Under the pieces are notes generated by a model. The model was not told where the DNA came from and ran no database searches. It worked only from the letters and a program-made list of their open reading frames with translations. A stretch of DNA of 64,000 bases from an uncultured Pseudomonadota bacterium (GTDB taxonomy: Bacteria; Pseudomonadota; Alphaproteobacteria; Acetobacterales; Acetobacteraceae), in contig CAWIDE010000018.1 of assembly GCA_963834715.1 (NCBI GenBank), positions 74,698-138,697 of the forward strand, read 5' to 3'. A program made the translations under genes and the position numbers. Shown in pieces: positions 43,483-53,148 of the stretch (within the stretch, counting starts at the first letter, position 1; each line of letters starts with the position of its first letter).

Positions 43483-44714
43483 GTACCCCACGTCGTTGAT
43501 TTTGCGGGTGATTTCTGAGTCGATATCTCCGGTAACCCGGAGATGTGTCGTGACCGCGAAACAACCTGTCGTGAAGAAGTACATCGTAAAGCTCAGTAGC
43601 GATGAGCGTGAACGGCTCAATGTGCTGATCCAAAAGGGCAAAGCCCCGGCCCGCCAGCTACTGAAGGCACGCATCCTGCTGAAGGCCGACGCCTCCGAGG
43701 CCGGCGATGCGTGGAGTGACGGCGAAATTGCCGAGGCGTTGGATACCAGCGTCGACACCGTCGCCCGCACACGTCAGCAATTGGTGGAGGGCGGAGTTGA
43801 TGCCGCCTTGACCCGCAAACACTCGCCCAACTCAGCTCGAAAGCCCATCTTCGACGGCGCCGCCGAGGCCAAGCTGATCGCGCTCGCTTGTTCTCCGCCA
43901 CCCAAAGGACGGAAGCGGTGGACGCTGATGCTGTTGGAAACCGCCGTGGTGGAGCTGAACATCGTCGATCGCGCCAGCGATAACACCATCGGACGGACGC
44001 TCAAAAAAATTCGCTCAAACCTCATCTCCAGAAGCAATGGGTCATCCCGCCAGAAGCCAGCGCTGCCTTCGTAGCCGGCATGGAGGATGTGCTGGAGGTC
44101 TACCAGCGGCCGCATGATCCAGACCGACCCGTCGTCTGCCTGGACGAGACAACGAAACAGCTCGTCAAGGAAACCCGCGTGCCAGTTCCGGCAAAGCCTG
44201 GACAGCCAGCACGGTACGACTGCGAGTATGAGCGCAACGGCACCGTCAATCTGTTCATGCTATTCGCGCCGCTGGAAGGCTGGCGCCATGTCGAGATAAC
44301 CGACCGCCACGCCGCGCTGGACTATGCCCAACTGCTCAAGGCTTTGTCCGACACGCACTTTCGCGCCGCGAGCAAGATCGTCCTGGTGCAGGACAATCTC
44401 AACACCCACAAGCCGGCCTCGCTCTACGAAGCCTTTCCGCCCGCCGAGGCGCGCCGCCTCGTCGAGCGGTTCGAGTGGCATTACACGCCCAAGCATGGCA
44501 GTTGGCTGGATATGGCCGAATCAGAACTCAGCGTCCTGTCGGTGCAGTGCCTCGATCGGCGAATCCCGGACAGGCAGACCCTGATCGAGGAAGTCGCCGC
44601 GTGGCAGAAAGATCGAAACAAGAACCACACGAAGGCAGACTGGCACTTCACCACTGTCGATGCCCGCATCAAACTGAAGCGGTTATACCCGGCAATATGA
44701 GCGACTCAGGGCAC
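43483..44714 (+). mobile_element. IS630-family insertion sequence (1232 bp) with TA target-site duplication
   Basis: TA at 43481-43482 and at 44715-44716. Imperfect terminal inverted repeats GTACCCCACGTCG / GTGCCCTGAGTCG (reverse complement). Removing the IS and one TA restores ...VTPD-YAHAFRRQRDAW in frame. Confidence 0.8.
43550..44700 (+). CDS. IS630-family transposase in two frames (orfA 43550..44074, orfB to 44700), joined by a -1 shift at an A7 run
   Basis: orfA carries the HTH region ...KLSSDERERLNVLIQKGKAPARQLLKARILLKA. After the A7 run at 44003-44009, the -1 frame reads KKNSLKPHLQKQWVIPPEASAAFVAGMEDVLEVYQ... with the DDE region ...VVCLDETTKQ...LVQDNLNTHK... Confidence 0.8.
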
Positions 44715-45671
44715 TACGCACATGCTTTTCGGCGCCAGCGGGATGCATGGGAGAGGATTGTTGGGGACTTCCGGGTATTTGCCGCGCAATCACACGCCTT
44801 CTTCGTCCTGTTCGATCAATTGGCAGCCATGGAGGGGCCGGCGGGGCAGGATGCGCTGAAAAATTCACGAGATTGCTATAGCGAGATCTGTGGCGAACTG
44901 CATGAAAAGATGGCTGAGTTCCTGGCGCAACTGCTCCTTATGGTCGAGGCATCGGACGCTCGGATCAAGAGCAGGCTGGAGAATGTTGGGTTTTCGATCT
45001 CGGAGCCAACTTGTCCGCCGCTCCCAATTGGCGCATTAGCGTTCCTGGGCGTCATGATGGTCATCGGAATCCTGCTGGTCGTTGCCGTTGTTCCTTCCGG
45101 CTCATCGCGGTTGCCGATGGCAATGATCGCAATGCTCATCGGAACGACTCAGACAATCGGCCTCTTGACTGCCATCCTGCCCAAACTGCGTTGCGATGGA
45201 TTCAGATCCGATAGTCGCGGAAATTACCCATATCTTGGATGGCTCGAGACGGCTATTCTTGCAGGCTTGATTGCATTGGTCCTTGATCGCACTGCAATGG
45301 CCATTAGTGCTCATGCTTTCGGTGCAGGATTAGATTTTGCGCACTTTCCAATGTCGCCAATGGGCCCGATGGCCTTCGCGATCAGTCTGTCGGTCTCAGT
45401 TCTGTGCGACATCGATTTTGGGCTCGGTCAGGGCTGGCTACGCCGCGTCTCCGAGGGAATGCTTTGCGGCGCGGCGATGGTGATTGCGATCTTCATCTGC
45501 ATCCATCTACTCGATCTCCCGCCCGCAACCAGGGGTCAGGTGCCAACGTGGTTCCCCATCGTCTTCTCCTTTGGGCTGGGACTCACGGGCGGTTTTATCG
45601 GGCCTCACTTGTATCGACGAGCTCGCGGTGGGGAAGAAGTCCACCTTGACCCGATCCTTCGTCATGCATGA
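44715..45671 (+). pseudogene. 3' fragment of the IS-interrupted uncharacterised membrane protein gene
   Basis: YAHAFRRQRDAWERIVGDFRVFAAQ..., followed by about 7 predicted TM segments. No family recognised. Confidence 0.6.
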
Positions 45672-45746
45672 TGGACTGGCGCCGGAGAGGACGGTTCCTC
45701 TCCGCCCCAGGTGCGGACAGACATTCCCGGGGCCGTCGTAATGAAC

Positions 45747-47423
45747 TTACGTTGGCGCGACCGGCAGGCGGGCACTTAGCTCGTCCACAAGCACACGAAT
45801 GTTTTCGCTGTAGTCAATCGGCACGATAACGAGATGCACGCCGCCTGCGTCGAAGGCGGCCTCCAAGGTCGGAGCCAGGTCGCCTGTGGCCCGCACCCGA
45901 TGGCCTGTCGCGCCGTAGCTTTCGGCGTATTTGACAAAGTCCGGGTTGCCGAAGGTCAGGCCCCAGTCCGGGAAATGATCCACAGCCTGTTTCCAGCGGA
46001 TCATGCCGTAGGCGCCGTCTTCCAGGATCAGCACCACCAGATTTAGTTTCAGCCGTACCGCAGTCTCCAGCTCCTGGGAGTTCATCATGAAGCCGCCGTC
46101 ACCGCAGACGGCAAGCACTCGCCGTTCCGGGTAAAGCAGGCTTGCCATCATCGCCGAGGGGAGACCTGCGCCCATTGTAGCCAGCGCATTATCCAGCAGC
46201 AGCGTGTTCGCCACACGGGTGCGGTAGTTGCGAGCGAACCAGATTTTGTACATGCCGTTGTCGAGAGCGACAATGCCGTCCGGCGGCATGACCTCGCGCA
46301 CGTCGTGCACGATGCGTTGCGGGGTCGGCGGCCAACGATCCTCGGTAGCGCGATCGGCGATGCGCCTCAGGATGCCCTCGCGCAAATAGAGCAGCGCGTC
46401 GGCGTGTTGCAGCTTGCCTTCGAGGCGGTCGGCAAGCAGTTCCAGACTAGGGCCGAGATCGCCGATCACCTCGGCGTGAGGGAAATATACCTGTTCGGCG
46501 GTGGCGGGCGTGTAGCTGATGTGGATCACCTGCGGCCCGCCGGGGCCCATGATGAAGGGGGGCTTTTCCACTGTGTCATGGCCGATGGCGATGATCAGGT
46601 CGGCGCGCTCGATCGCCTCGTGCGCGTAATCCCGCTCGGAAAGGGCGGCGGTGCCCATGTAGAGGTTTGTGCCGCTCGCGACGCTGCCCTTGCCCATCTG
46701 GGTGCTGAAGAACGGAATGCCGGTGCGGCGGACGAAGCCGCCCAGACCTGCGGCGGAGCGCGGACGCGACGCCGCGGCGCCCAGCATGATGAGCGGGCGC
46801 TCGGCGCGGACGATCATCTCCGCGGCGCGGTCGAGGGCGGCTCGGGGGGCAATCGGCAAGTCAATGGGGTGCGGAGGTACGAGCGGTGGCGCGTCGGTGA
46901 TTACCTCCGCGGCGATGTCTTCCGGCAGTTCCAGATGCACGGGGCCAGGGCGTTCCTCCATGGCGACGCGAAAGGCGTCACGAACCAGGGTGGGGATGGT
47001 TGCGGGTGATGCAATCTGCCGGGCCATCTTGGTCAGCGGCCGCATGGTGGAGACCACGTCCACGATCTGGAACCGCGCCTGGCGGCTGGATAGGATCCCC
47101 TTCTGGCCGGTGATCATGAGCATCGGCATCGCGCCCAGAAGCGCATGAGCCGCGGCGGTGGTGAGGTTGAGCGCGCCAGGACCGAGTGTCGTCAGGCACA
47201 CGCCGGGCCTTCCCGTCAGCCGCCCATGTGTAGCTGCCATAAACGCCGCCGCCTGCTCGTGCCGGGTCACGACGAGCTCGATCGAAGAGCAGCGGAGGCT
47301 CTCGATGACATCGAGGTTCTCCTCGCCGGGTACCCCGAAGATGCGGTCCACCCCCTCGTTCTCGAGCGCGGCGACCAGCAGATCAGAACTTTTGATTACC
47401 GATTCGTTATCCGTTGGGGGCAT
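45747..47423 (-). CDS. thiamine-pyrophosphate enzyme, acetolactate synthase large-subunit family
   Basis: Start MPPTDNESVIKSSDLLVAALENEGVDRIFGVPGEENLDVI...; ...GPGALNL...; TPP motif GDGGFMMNSQELET. ATG is the complement of 47421-47423. Confidence 0.85.
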   Translation of the reverse strand: MPPTDNESVIKSSDLLVAALENEGVDRIFGVPGEENLDVIESLRCSSIELVVTRHEQAAAFMAATHGRLTGRPGVCLTTLGPGALNLTTAAAHALLGAMPMLMITGQKGILSSRQARFQIVDVVSTMRPLTKMARQIASPATIPTLVRDAFRVAMEERPGPVHLELPEDIAAEVITDAPPLVPPHPIDLPIAPRAALDRAAEMIVRAERPLIMLGAAASRPRSAAGLGGFVRRTGIPFFSTQMGKGSVASGTNLYMGTAALSERDYAHEAIERADLIIAIGHDTVEKPPFIMGPGGPQVIHISYTPATAEQVYFPHAEVIGDLGPSLELLADRLEGKLQHADALLYLREGILRRIADRATEDRWPPTPQRIVHDVREVMPPDGIVALDNGMYKIWFARNYRTRVANTLLLDNALATMGAGLPSAMMASLLYPERRVLAVCGDGGFMMNSQELETAVRLKLNLVVLILEDGAYGMIRWKQAVDHFPDWGLTFGNPDFVKYAESYGATGHRVRATGDLAPTLEAAFDAGGVHLVIVPIDYSENIRVLVDELSARLPVAPT

Positions 47424-47490
47424 CACAAGCTCCGTCTCGCGTCGCGCAACCACATCGTGCCGGTCTGCCTTACCGCAAGCTGGCCGTCTA

Positions 47491-48747
47491 TCACGCTCCC
47501 TTGACGCTAGGCCACGGAACCTGAAGGTATTCCGTGGCAAAGACGAGCAGAATGAGCACCGCGAGGACCGCCGCGACGGCGGAGGTCAGCCACCAGCCGC
47601 CGAGCGAATAAGTGAGCGAACCCAGGACCGAGCCGAACGCACCGCACAGGAACATCGTGGTCATGTAGGCCGCATTGATTCGTGCGCGCGCCCGGGCATT
47701 AAGGCTGAAGACAATGCGTTGGCTGAAGATCTGGTTGGCCTGCACCGACGCGTCGAGCGCAATCGCCGCTGCCACGAGGATAAGCAACGAGCCGGCCGCG
47801 GCCGCCCGGCCCGTGAGCAGGATAGCGGCGAGGACACAGAGTATGGCCACCGCAGTACCAGATCGTGTGTAGCCGTGATCCGCGAGGCGACCCGCAACCG
47901 GCGCTGCCAACGCTCCCCCTGCTCCGGCCAGCGCGAAGAGCGCGATGCCCTGCTGGCCCAGCCCGAAGCGCTCGTGCAGCAGAAGAGGCACGCCGGTCCA
48001 GAACATATTGAAGATTGTGAACAGAGTCGCCTGGTAGGCAGCTCGGCGCTGCAATGGGCGTGACCTGGCCAGCAGGCGCAGGGTTGATATAAGCATGGTG
48101 CGATAACCGAGGCCCGGTGTGGGCTGGCGGCGCGGCAAGTAGCGCCACAGGAGCACCAGTATCAGCAGCATGATGACTGCGGAGAGCTCGAACGCAGCGC
48201 GCCATCCGAAATGGGCGGCGAGAAAACTCGCGACCGGGCGGGCGAGCATGATGCCGGCGAGGAGTCCGCCCATGATGTTGCCTATAACTCTGCCTCGTTT
48301 CCGCTCGGGGGCGAGATGGACTGAAAGCGGGATAAGAATTTGCGCTCCGACGGAGCACATCCCAAGCGTAAAGGAGAAGAGGAGAAAGACTGCCGGGCTG
48401 TCGCTGCTAATCACTCCGATCAAGCTTAAAATGACCCCGATGCAGGTGAGCAGGAAAAGACGCCGGTTTTCGATCAGGTCGCCGAGACCGACGATGAAGA
48501 ACAGGCCTGCTCCGTAACCGAGCTGAGTAAGAGTGACGACGAATCCGGCGGCGCCGATGGAAAGATGCAGGTCGTGCGCAATCAAGCCAACCAGCGTCTG
48601 GGCATAATAGAGGTTCGCGACGGCAATGCCGCAAGCGACCGCGAACAATGCCGTCAGAGCGGGGGTAAGGCCTTCAGGCTCTGACACACGAGCGGCTGGG
48701 GCGATACGGTTGGCGAGTATGGTGCTGCTGCTGGTAGGGATGCTCAT
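47491..48747 (-). CDS. MFS transporter
   Basis: ORF track, 418 aa, 12-TM look: ...GDLIENRRL... Confidence 0.8.
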   Translation of the reverse strand: MSIPTSSSTILANRIAPAARVSEPEGLTPALTALFAVACGIAVANLYYAQTLVGLIAHDLHLSIGAAGFVVTLTQLGYGAGLFFIVGLGDLIENRRLFLLTCIGVILSLIGVISSDSPAVFLLFSFTLGMCSVGAQILIPLSVHLAPERKRGRVIGNIMGGLLAGIMLARPVASFLAAHFGWRAAFELSAVIMLLILVLLWRYLPRRQPTPGLGYRTMLISTLRLLARSRPLQRRAAYQATLFTIFNMFWTGVPLLLHERFGLGQQGIALFALAGAGGALAAPVAGRLADHGYTRSGTAVAILCVLAAILLTGRAAAAGSLLILVAAAIALDASVQANQIFSQRIVFSLNARARARINAAYMTTMFLCGAFGSVLGSLTYSLGGWWLTSAVAAVLAVLILLVFATEYLQVPWPSVKGA

Positions 48748-48874
48748 GCTCCGCGTGCCGACAAACCGGCGTCGGACTAGGTGGCTCTTGTTGATGCAAT
48801 ATGGGCTGGGAATGAAGGAGGGAAATGAATTGTCAGATTGGTGCGTATGCGGGTTTCGAATGGCGGATAGGGTT

Positions 48875-49140
48875 TCAGCTTACTTCCTTGCTCAGGGCTG
48901 CTTCGTAAACCCGCAGGACGGAGCTGGAGTCGTCCGCACCCCAGCCGTTGGCGCGCGCGAGGCACATCAGGTTCATGACCTGGGGAGTGATCGGGGCCGA
49001 GGGCGACTTCCTCGACATGTCTCGGCACCGGCAGGGATGTGAAGATGACGTCGCTGCGGGCGCTAAGTTCTGCAACGCCTTGGCCGGCCGTGGGACCAAG
49101 GGTGAGGCAGGGGGCTACGGAATTGTTAGCGGATGCGGGG
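48875..49140 (-). pseudogene. remnant of a 3-hydroxyisobutyrate dehydrogenase-like NAD(P) oxidoreductase (internal deletion, two frames)
   Basis: ...GVAELSARSDVIFTSLPVPRHVEEVALGPD in one frame is joined to ITPQVMNLMCLARANGWGADDSSSVLRVYEAALSKEV* in another. These resemble the beta3-region and the C-terminal helix of HIBADH-type enzymes. About 170 aa between them are missing. Confidence 0.35.
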
Positions 49141-49167
49141 TCGGCAGGACCCATAATTTGGGAAACC

Positions 49168-50155
49168 CTAACGCTCGACCCGCTTCAGCCATGCCTCGCG
49201 CCAGTAGGGATATAGCCCACGTGGACAAAACCAGCGCCCAGGCGAACGCTCTCCGTTGAAGGCCTTCCAGGGTGATGCAGTCATTCTTCATCTTCAGCAT
49301 CCGGCCGGTCTTTTCGTCGATGATCCTCTCGATGCGCCGCCTCACGCGAAACGTCTTTCCGCAGGCGGGAAGCATTTCATTGGGCGAGAATGCAAGCCCG
49401 CGATGGCGGTCCTGTGAATTCAGCGTGCGGCCGATTTCTTCAGCCGATTGGACCTCGACCCACTCTCCGGGCTGCAGCCCAAGCGGTGCGGTCCTGCTGC
49501 CACCGGCACCGGGCTTCGTGGAGGATACCCGTTGCCGCGAGCCAACATTCAGCCCGAGCTCCGCGCCAATCTTCCAGACAACGGCTCGGCCCAGCACCCT
49601 CAAAAACGATTGCACACTGACGTTTCTGCCGGAGAGTTCCCGTAGATATCTCAAGTGCTTTTGGGATGGCGAGATCGCTTCAGTCGCCCGGTGTGCTTCG
49701 GTTGCCTGACACTTGAACACTTCACCGTCCGCAGCATGTGAATCATGCCGCAGCGTATTTGAGAGTGCAAGGCGTTCGAGCGCCTCGGATGCTTCCTGTC
49801 TGGAAGCATGATCCGGCGCCCGCGGCGCGTCGACCCTGACCAGCCACGCCTCCTTCCAATATAGACGGCATTCCGCCTGGCAGCCGCCGTGAGCGGACCC
49901 ATTACAGCGTAAGTCGTCCAGCAGCACAGTGTCACGCATGCGCCGTGTTCCGCCGTCACCCACGGTGTCGCATATGCTCTCCACTCGCCTTGACACTGTA
50001 AAGCGTTTGCCCATTAACGGCAGCATTTCAGGCATGAACGGCAACGCTTCCAGCCTTCCCGCTCCGTCAAGAGTGGCCAGAATCTCGGCCGCTGGCCGCA
50101 CCTCAACCACATCGCCTGGATGCAACCGACCAGCGCTATGTCTGTGGCTTCGCAT
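49168..50155 (-). CDS. uncharacterised protein with two ~100-aa internal repeats ending in a Cys/YW(K/R)EAWL motif; frameshift near the 3' end
   Basis: ORF 49115..50155 has GAGGAG SD upstream. Repeat 1 is LHPGDVVEVRPAAEILATLD...MPEMLPLMGKRFTVSRRVESICD...CNGSAHGGCQAECRLYWKEAWLVRV. Repeat 2 is LQPGEWVEVQSAEEIGRTLN...PNEMLPACGKTFRVRRRIERIID...ITLEG. The repeat-2 tail FNGERSPGRWFCPRGLYPYWREAWLKRVER* is recovered only in the +1 frame (switch about 49259-49264, stop at 49168-49170). Confidence 0.5.
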
Positions 50156-50609
50156 TCATACTCCTCGTTTGATGATGTCCATGTGAGCCGTCCCGGATAA
50201 CCACTCCGTTGTTCGGCGGCTCAGCTCATGGCAACTAATGATCAGGCTTAGCTTCCAACCAGTTGAGAGCTCGGACCGCGACGCGAGATCGCGCCGCGCG
50301 CGATCGACCACTGCATCCGGGCTTTGCCTCGTAATAGGCCAGGTCGTCAAGCCGATATTTCGACCGCAGGTAGGCAGTGTCGGCCGCTGATGCGGCAAAT
50401 CCGTCTGCCCATATTGCCTACACCGATAAAGCCGACCTTCATGTTCTGGGTTCCCCGGGTTCGTTCGAGGAAACATGCCGTGGAATGGAGGGTTGCTAAA
50501 GGGCGGGCCCTCGGGCACCGATCTGTCGCAGGGCGGGAGGCATGAATTTGGGGTGGCGCGGGAGGTGGAGGCCCGCCATGTTTTGGCAAGCGAGAAGGAG
50601 TTGGTTGTG

Positions 50610-50915
50610 ATGGCGGAAGTAGATTTGGCAACGCGCACGGAGGTGGAAGCTGCCGCATTCCGGCGTCTGGTGCAGCATCTGAGGGAGCGGACCGATGTGC
50701 AGAACATCGATCTGATGAACCTGGCGGGGTTCTGCCGGAATTGTCTGAGTCGCTGGTATCGGGAAGCGGCGGAGGCGAAAGGGATCGGGCTTTCCGACCC
50801 GGAGGCGCGGGAGATTATCTACGGCATGCCGTATAAGGAATGGCAGGCGAAGTACCAGAAAGAGACGACGCCGGAGCAAAAGGCGGCATTTGCCACTGCG
50901 AATAAAGGTCATTGA
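50610..50915 (+). CDS. DUF1244 family protein
   Basis: MAEVDLATRTEVEAAAFRRLVQHLRERTDVQNIDLMNLAGFCRNCLSRWY... AAGGAG SD upstream. Confidence 0.75.
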   Translation: MAEVDLATRTEVEAAAFRRLVQHLRERTDVQNIDLMNLAGFCRNCLSRWYREAAEAKGIGLSDPEAREIIYGMPYKEWQAKYQKETTPEQKAAFATANKGH

Positions 50916-50972
50916 CCGGGACTCGCGCTCGCGGCTATCAGCGCCGCCCTTGCGAAAGGTGGAGGGCGGCCC

Positions 50973-51245
50973 GTGGCGCTGGTTGTTGTGGACAAGGTGG
51001 AGAAGCCGGACACGGGTGGGATTGCGGCGGACCGGCTGCGGAGCATTGTTGAGCGGATCGAGCGTCTCGAGGAGGAGCGGGCCGCGCTGGCGGGGGATAT
51101 CAAGGACATTTTCGCCGAGGCGAAGTCGGCAGGGTTCGATGTGAAGGTGCTGCGGCAGCTCATCCGGATTCGGAAGTCGGAACCGGCGGAGGTGGAAGAG
51201 CAGGAGACGCTCTTGGATGTGTACCGGCGGGCGCTGGGTATGTAG
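50973..51245 (+). CDS. GapR-like nucleoid-associated protein (DUF2312)
   Basis: ...IAADRLRSIVERIERLEEERAALAGDIKDIFAEAKSAGFDVKVLRQLIRIRKSEPAEVEEQETLLDVYRRALGM. Confidence 0.8.
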   Translation: MALVVVDKVEKPDTGGIAADRLRSIVERIERLEEERAALAGDIKDIFAEAKSAGFDVKVLRQLIRIRKSEPAEVEEQETLLDVYRRALGM

Positions 51246-51253
51246 CATTCCGT

Positions 51254-51330
51254 TCACCTCTCCCGCTTGCGGAGAGGCCTGCCCCGGACCCCGATCCGGG
51301 TTCGCTGCGCGGAGCGCGGCGAGTGAGGGC
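51254..51330 (+). repeat. REP-like palindromic element, copy 6 (variant with an internal insertion)
   Basis: TCACCTCTCCCGCTTGCGGAGAGGCC, then an inserted small palindrome (CCGGACCCCGATCCGG), then ...CGCGGAGCGCGGCGAGTGAGGGC. Confidence 0.6.
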
Positions 51331-51428
51331 GTGCTGGGTCAGGGTCCTACATCGGCCCTTGACGCTGGTAGAGCCATCAGCTGACGGGATAAGTGGTGGC
51401 GAAGCCATAGGACCGGCTCTCGGTTAGC

Positions 51429-52040
51429 TCACAAGGCATCCCCGCCGGGCACATCCCCGGTCGCTTGATTCCTTTTCGCCGATGATCTTTCGCGCGCAAC
51501 GGCGATTACAGCGGTTGCCGGTTCGGGTCCGAGTTTGCGCATTTGATGGACAACATGCCCCGGAAAATAGGCACAATCGCCTGTTTCCAGCACGTAGCTT
51601 CGATCCGGTGTCCGCATCTCCACCGTACCGGAGAGAACAAGGAACATCTCCTCGCCGTCATGCTGCTGCCCTTTGCCTGTTGGTTCGGCGCCCACATGGA
51701 ACAAGAATGCTTCCATAACGCTGCCCTTCGGAGTGAGCAGCTCAAAGCTATAGGTATCTCCGTCCTCCAACGATCGGCTGCGGCCGGCGGCGCGGCTGAT
51801 CCGCACGGTATCTTCCGTTGTCTGCTCGCCGAATAACCGGCCAACTGGGACCTCCAGTGCCGCTGACAACCGCAGGACTGTCTCGATGGAAGGCCGTTTC
51901 GTGCCTCGCTCCAGGCGGGACAGGAAACCCTTATCCAGACCCGCGGCAGCGGCAAGCGTCTCAACAGTAAAGCCTTTTTCCAAACGGATATGCCGCAAGC
52001 GCGGTCCAATCGTCGGACTGATCTTCTCAGACAACGGCAA
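51429..52040 (-). CDS. XRE-family transcriptional regulator with C-terminal cupin domain; start uncertain (TTG)
   Basis: ...SEKISPTIGPRLRHIRLEKGFTVETLAAAAGLDKGFLSRLERGTKRPSIETVLRLSAAL..., then cupin ...HDGEEMFLVLSGTVEM...GDCAYFPGHVVH. The 5' part of the ORF-track model looks non-coding. Confidence 0.7.
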   Translation of the reverse strand: MPLSEKISPTIGPRLRHIRLEKGFTVETLAAAAGLDKGFLSRLERGTKRPSIETVLRLSAALEVPVGRLFGEQTTEDTVRISRAAGRSRSLEDGDTYSFELLTPKGSVMEAFLFHVGAEPTGKGQQHDGEEMFLVLSGTVEMRTPDRSYVLETGDCAYFPGHVVHQMRKLGPEPATAVIAVARERSSAKRNQATGDVPGGDAL

Positions 52041-52234
52041 CCTCTTACTCCTCGTACGCAGAGAACCGCGCGTAATACAGCCGCGCAACGTTCTTGGGCT
52101 GTTGTTGCCCGTTGGGACTTCACGAGCACGAGAGAACCCATTAGTCAAGCAGATTATGCCATTTCGGCACTTGCAACCGGACAACTTGTTGTCCTATGGA
52201 CAGAAGCAAGCGTAACCAACCGGAGGTGTGCCTC

Positions 52235-52306
52235 ATGTCCGACCTCCCGCTCATCGCCTTCGACGTCAACGAGACGCTCCTCGACCTCGAGACAATGGCG
52301 CCGACC
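52235..52306 (+). pseudogene. 24-codon duplicated fragment of the haloacid dehalogenase N-terminus
   Basis: MSDLPLIAFDVNETLLDLETMAPT compared with MATLPLIVFDVNETLLDLETMAPT at 53149. The similarity stops abruptly at 52306. Confidence 0.45.
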
Positions 52307-52389
52307 TGCGGGCGCGACGCGCCTCTGGTTCTCGAACTTGATGCCGCTCCCATTGCAATGGGCAAGCAGAGCAGAACGGGGAAAGAAGC

Positions 52390-53103
52390 ATGATCGGCCT
52401 GATCGCCCCGGACTATCCAGGTTTCGGCCATAGCGATGCGCCGGACCCCGAGACCTTTGCCTATACATTCGACCATATCGCGAAAGTTGTCGGGCATTTC
52501 ACCGAGAGTATCGGTGCAACATGCTATACCCTCTATCTCGAGGATGACGGCGGCCCTGTTGGCTTTTGCCTAGTGCTCGCGCATCCGGAACGCGTCGAGG
52601 GACTGATCACCCAGAACGCTGTCGCGCATGAAGACGGATTGGGAGCTTCCTGGGAGGCGCGCCACCAATTCTGGCGTGACCGTGCGGCGCATAAGGCCGC
52701 CTTTCAGAAAGCGTTTCTCTCTTTTGCGACCACGCGAAAGCGGCACATCGGCTCGAGCCCGAACGCTGTCAATTACAATCCCGATCTTTGGACAGACGAG
52801 TTCGCCTTCCTCAGCCGGCCCGGCGAGACCGAGATCCAGACCGACCTTTTATACGACTATCGTACCAATCAGCCGAGCTTCCCCGCCTGGCAGGCGTGGA
52901 TGAGGCAGGCGCAACCGCCGACGCTGGTGGTCTGGGGGCGCTATGACCCTTCTTTCGAGACGGCGGAAGCGCGGGCCTACAAACGTGAACTGCCGAATGC
53001 CGAAGTGCATGTGATCGACGCCGGTCACTTCGCGCTCGACGAGGAGGCGGACGACATCGCCGCCTACATCCGCAACTTTTTCTCGCAGCACGCTCTCCAG
53101 TAG
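52390..53103 (+). pseudogene. alpha/beta-hydrolase paralog of 54594..55448 lacking an intact N-terminus
   Basis: It aligns with the paralog from ...VIAPDLPGFG onward (IAPDYPGFGHSDAP..., LYLEDDGGPVGF vs IYVFDYGAPTGF, ...DAGHFALDEEADDIAAYIRNFF). Upstream residues (..WFSNLMPL..) are recognisable only in other frames. Confidence 0.6.
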
Positions 53104-53148
53104 CTCGCGGGCTGCAGAAAGCGAAGGCAATAACCTCGGAGATCCTCG

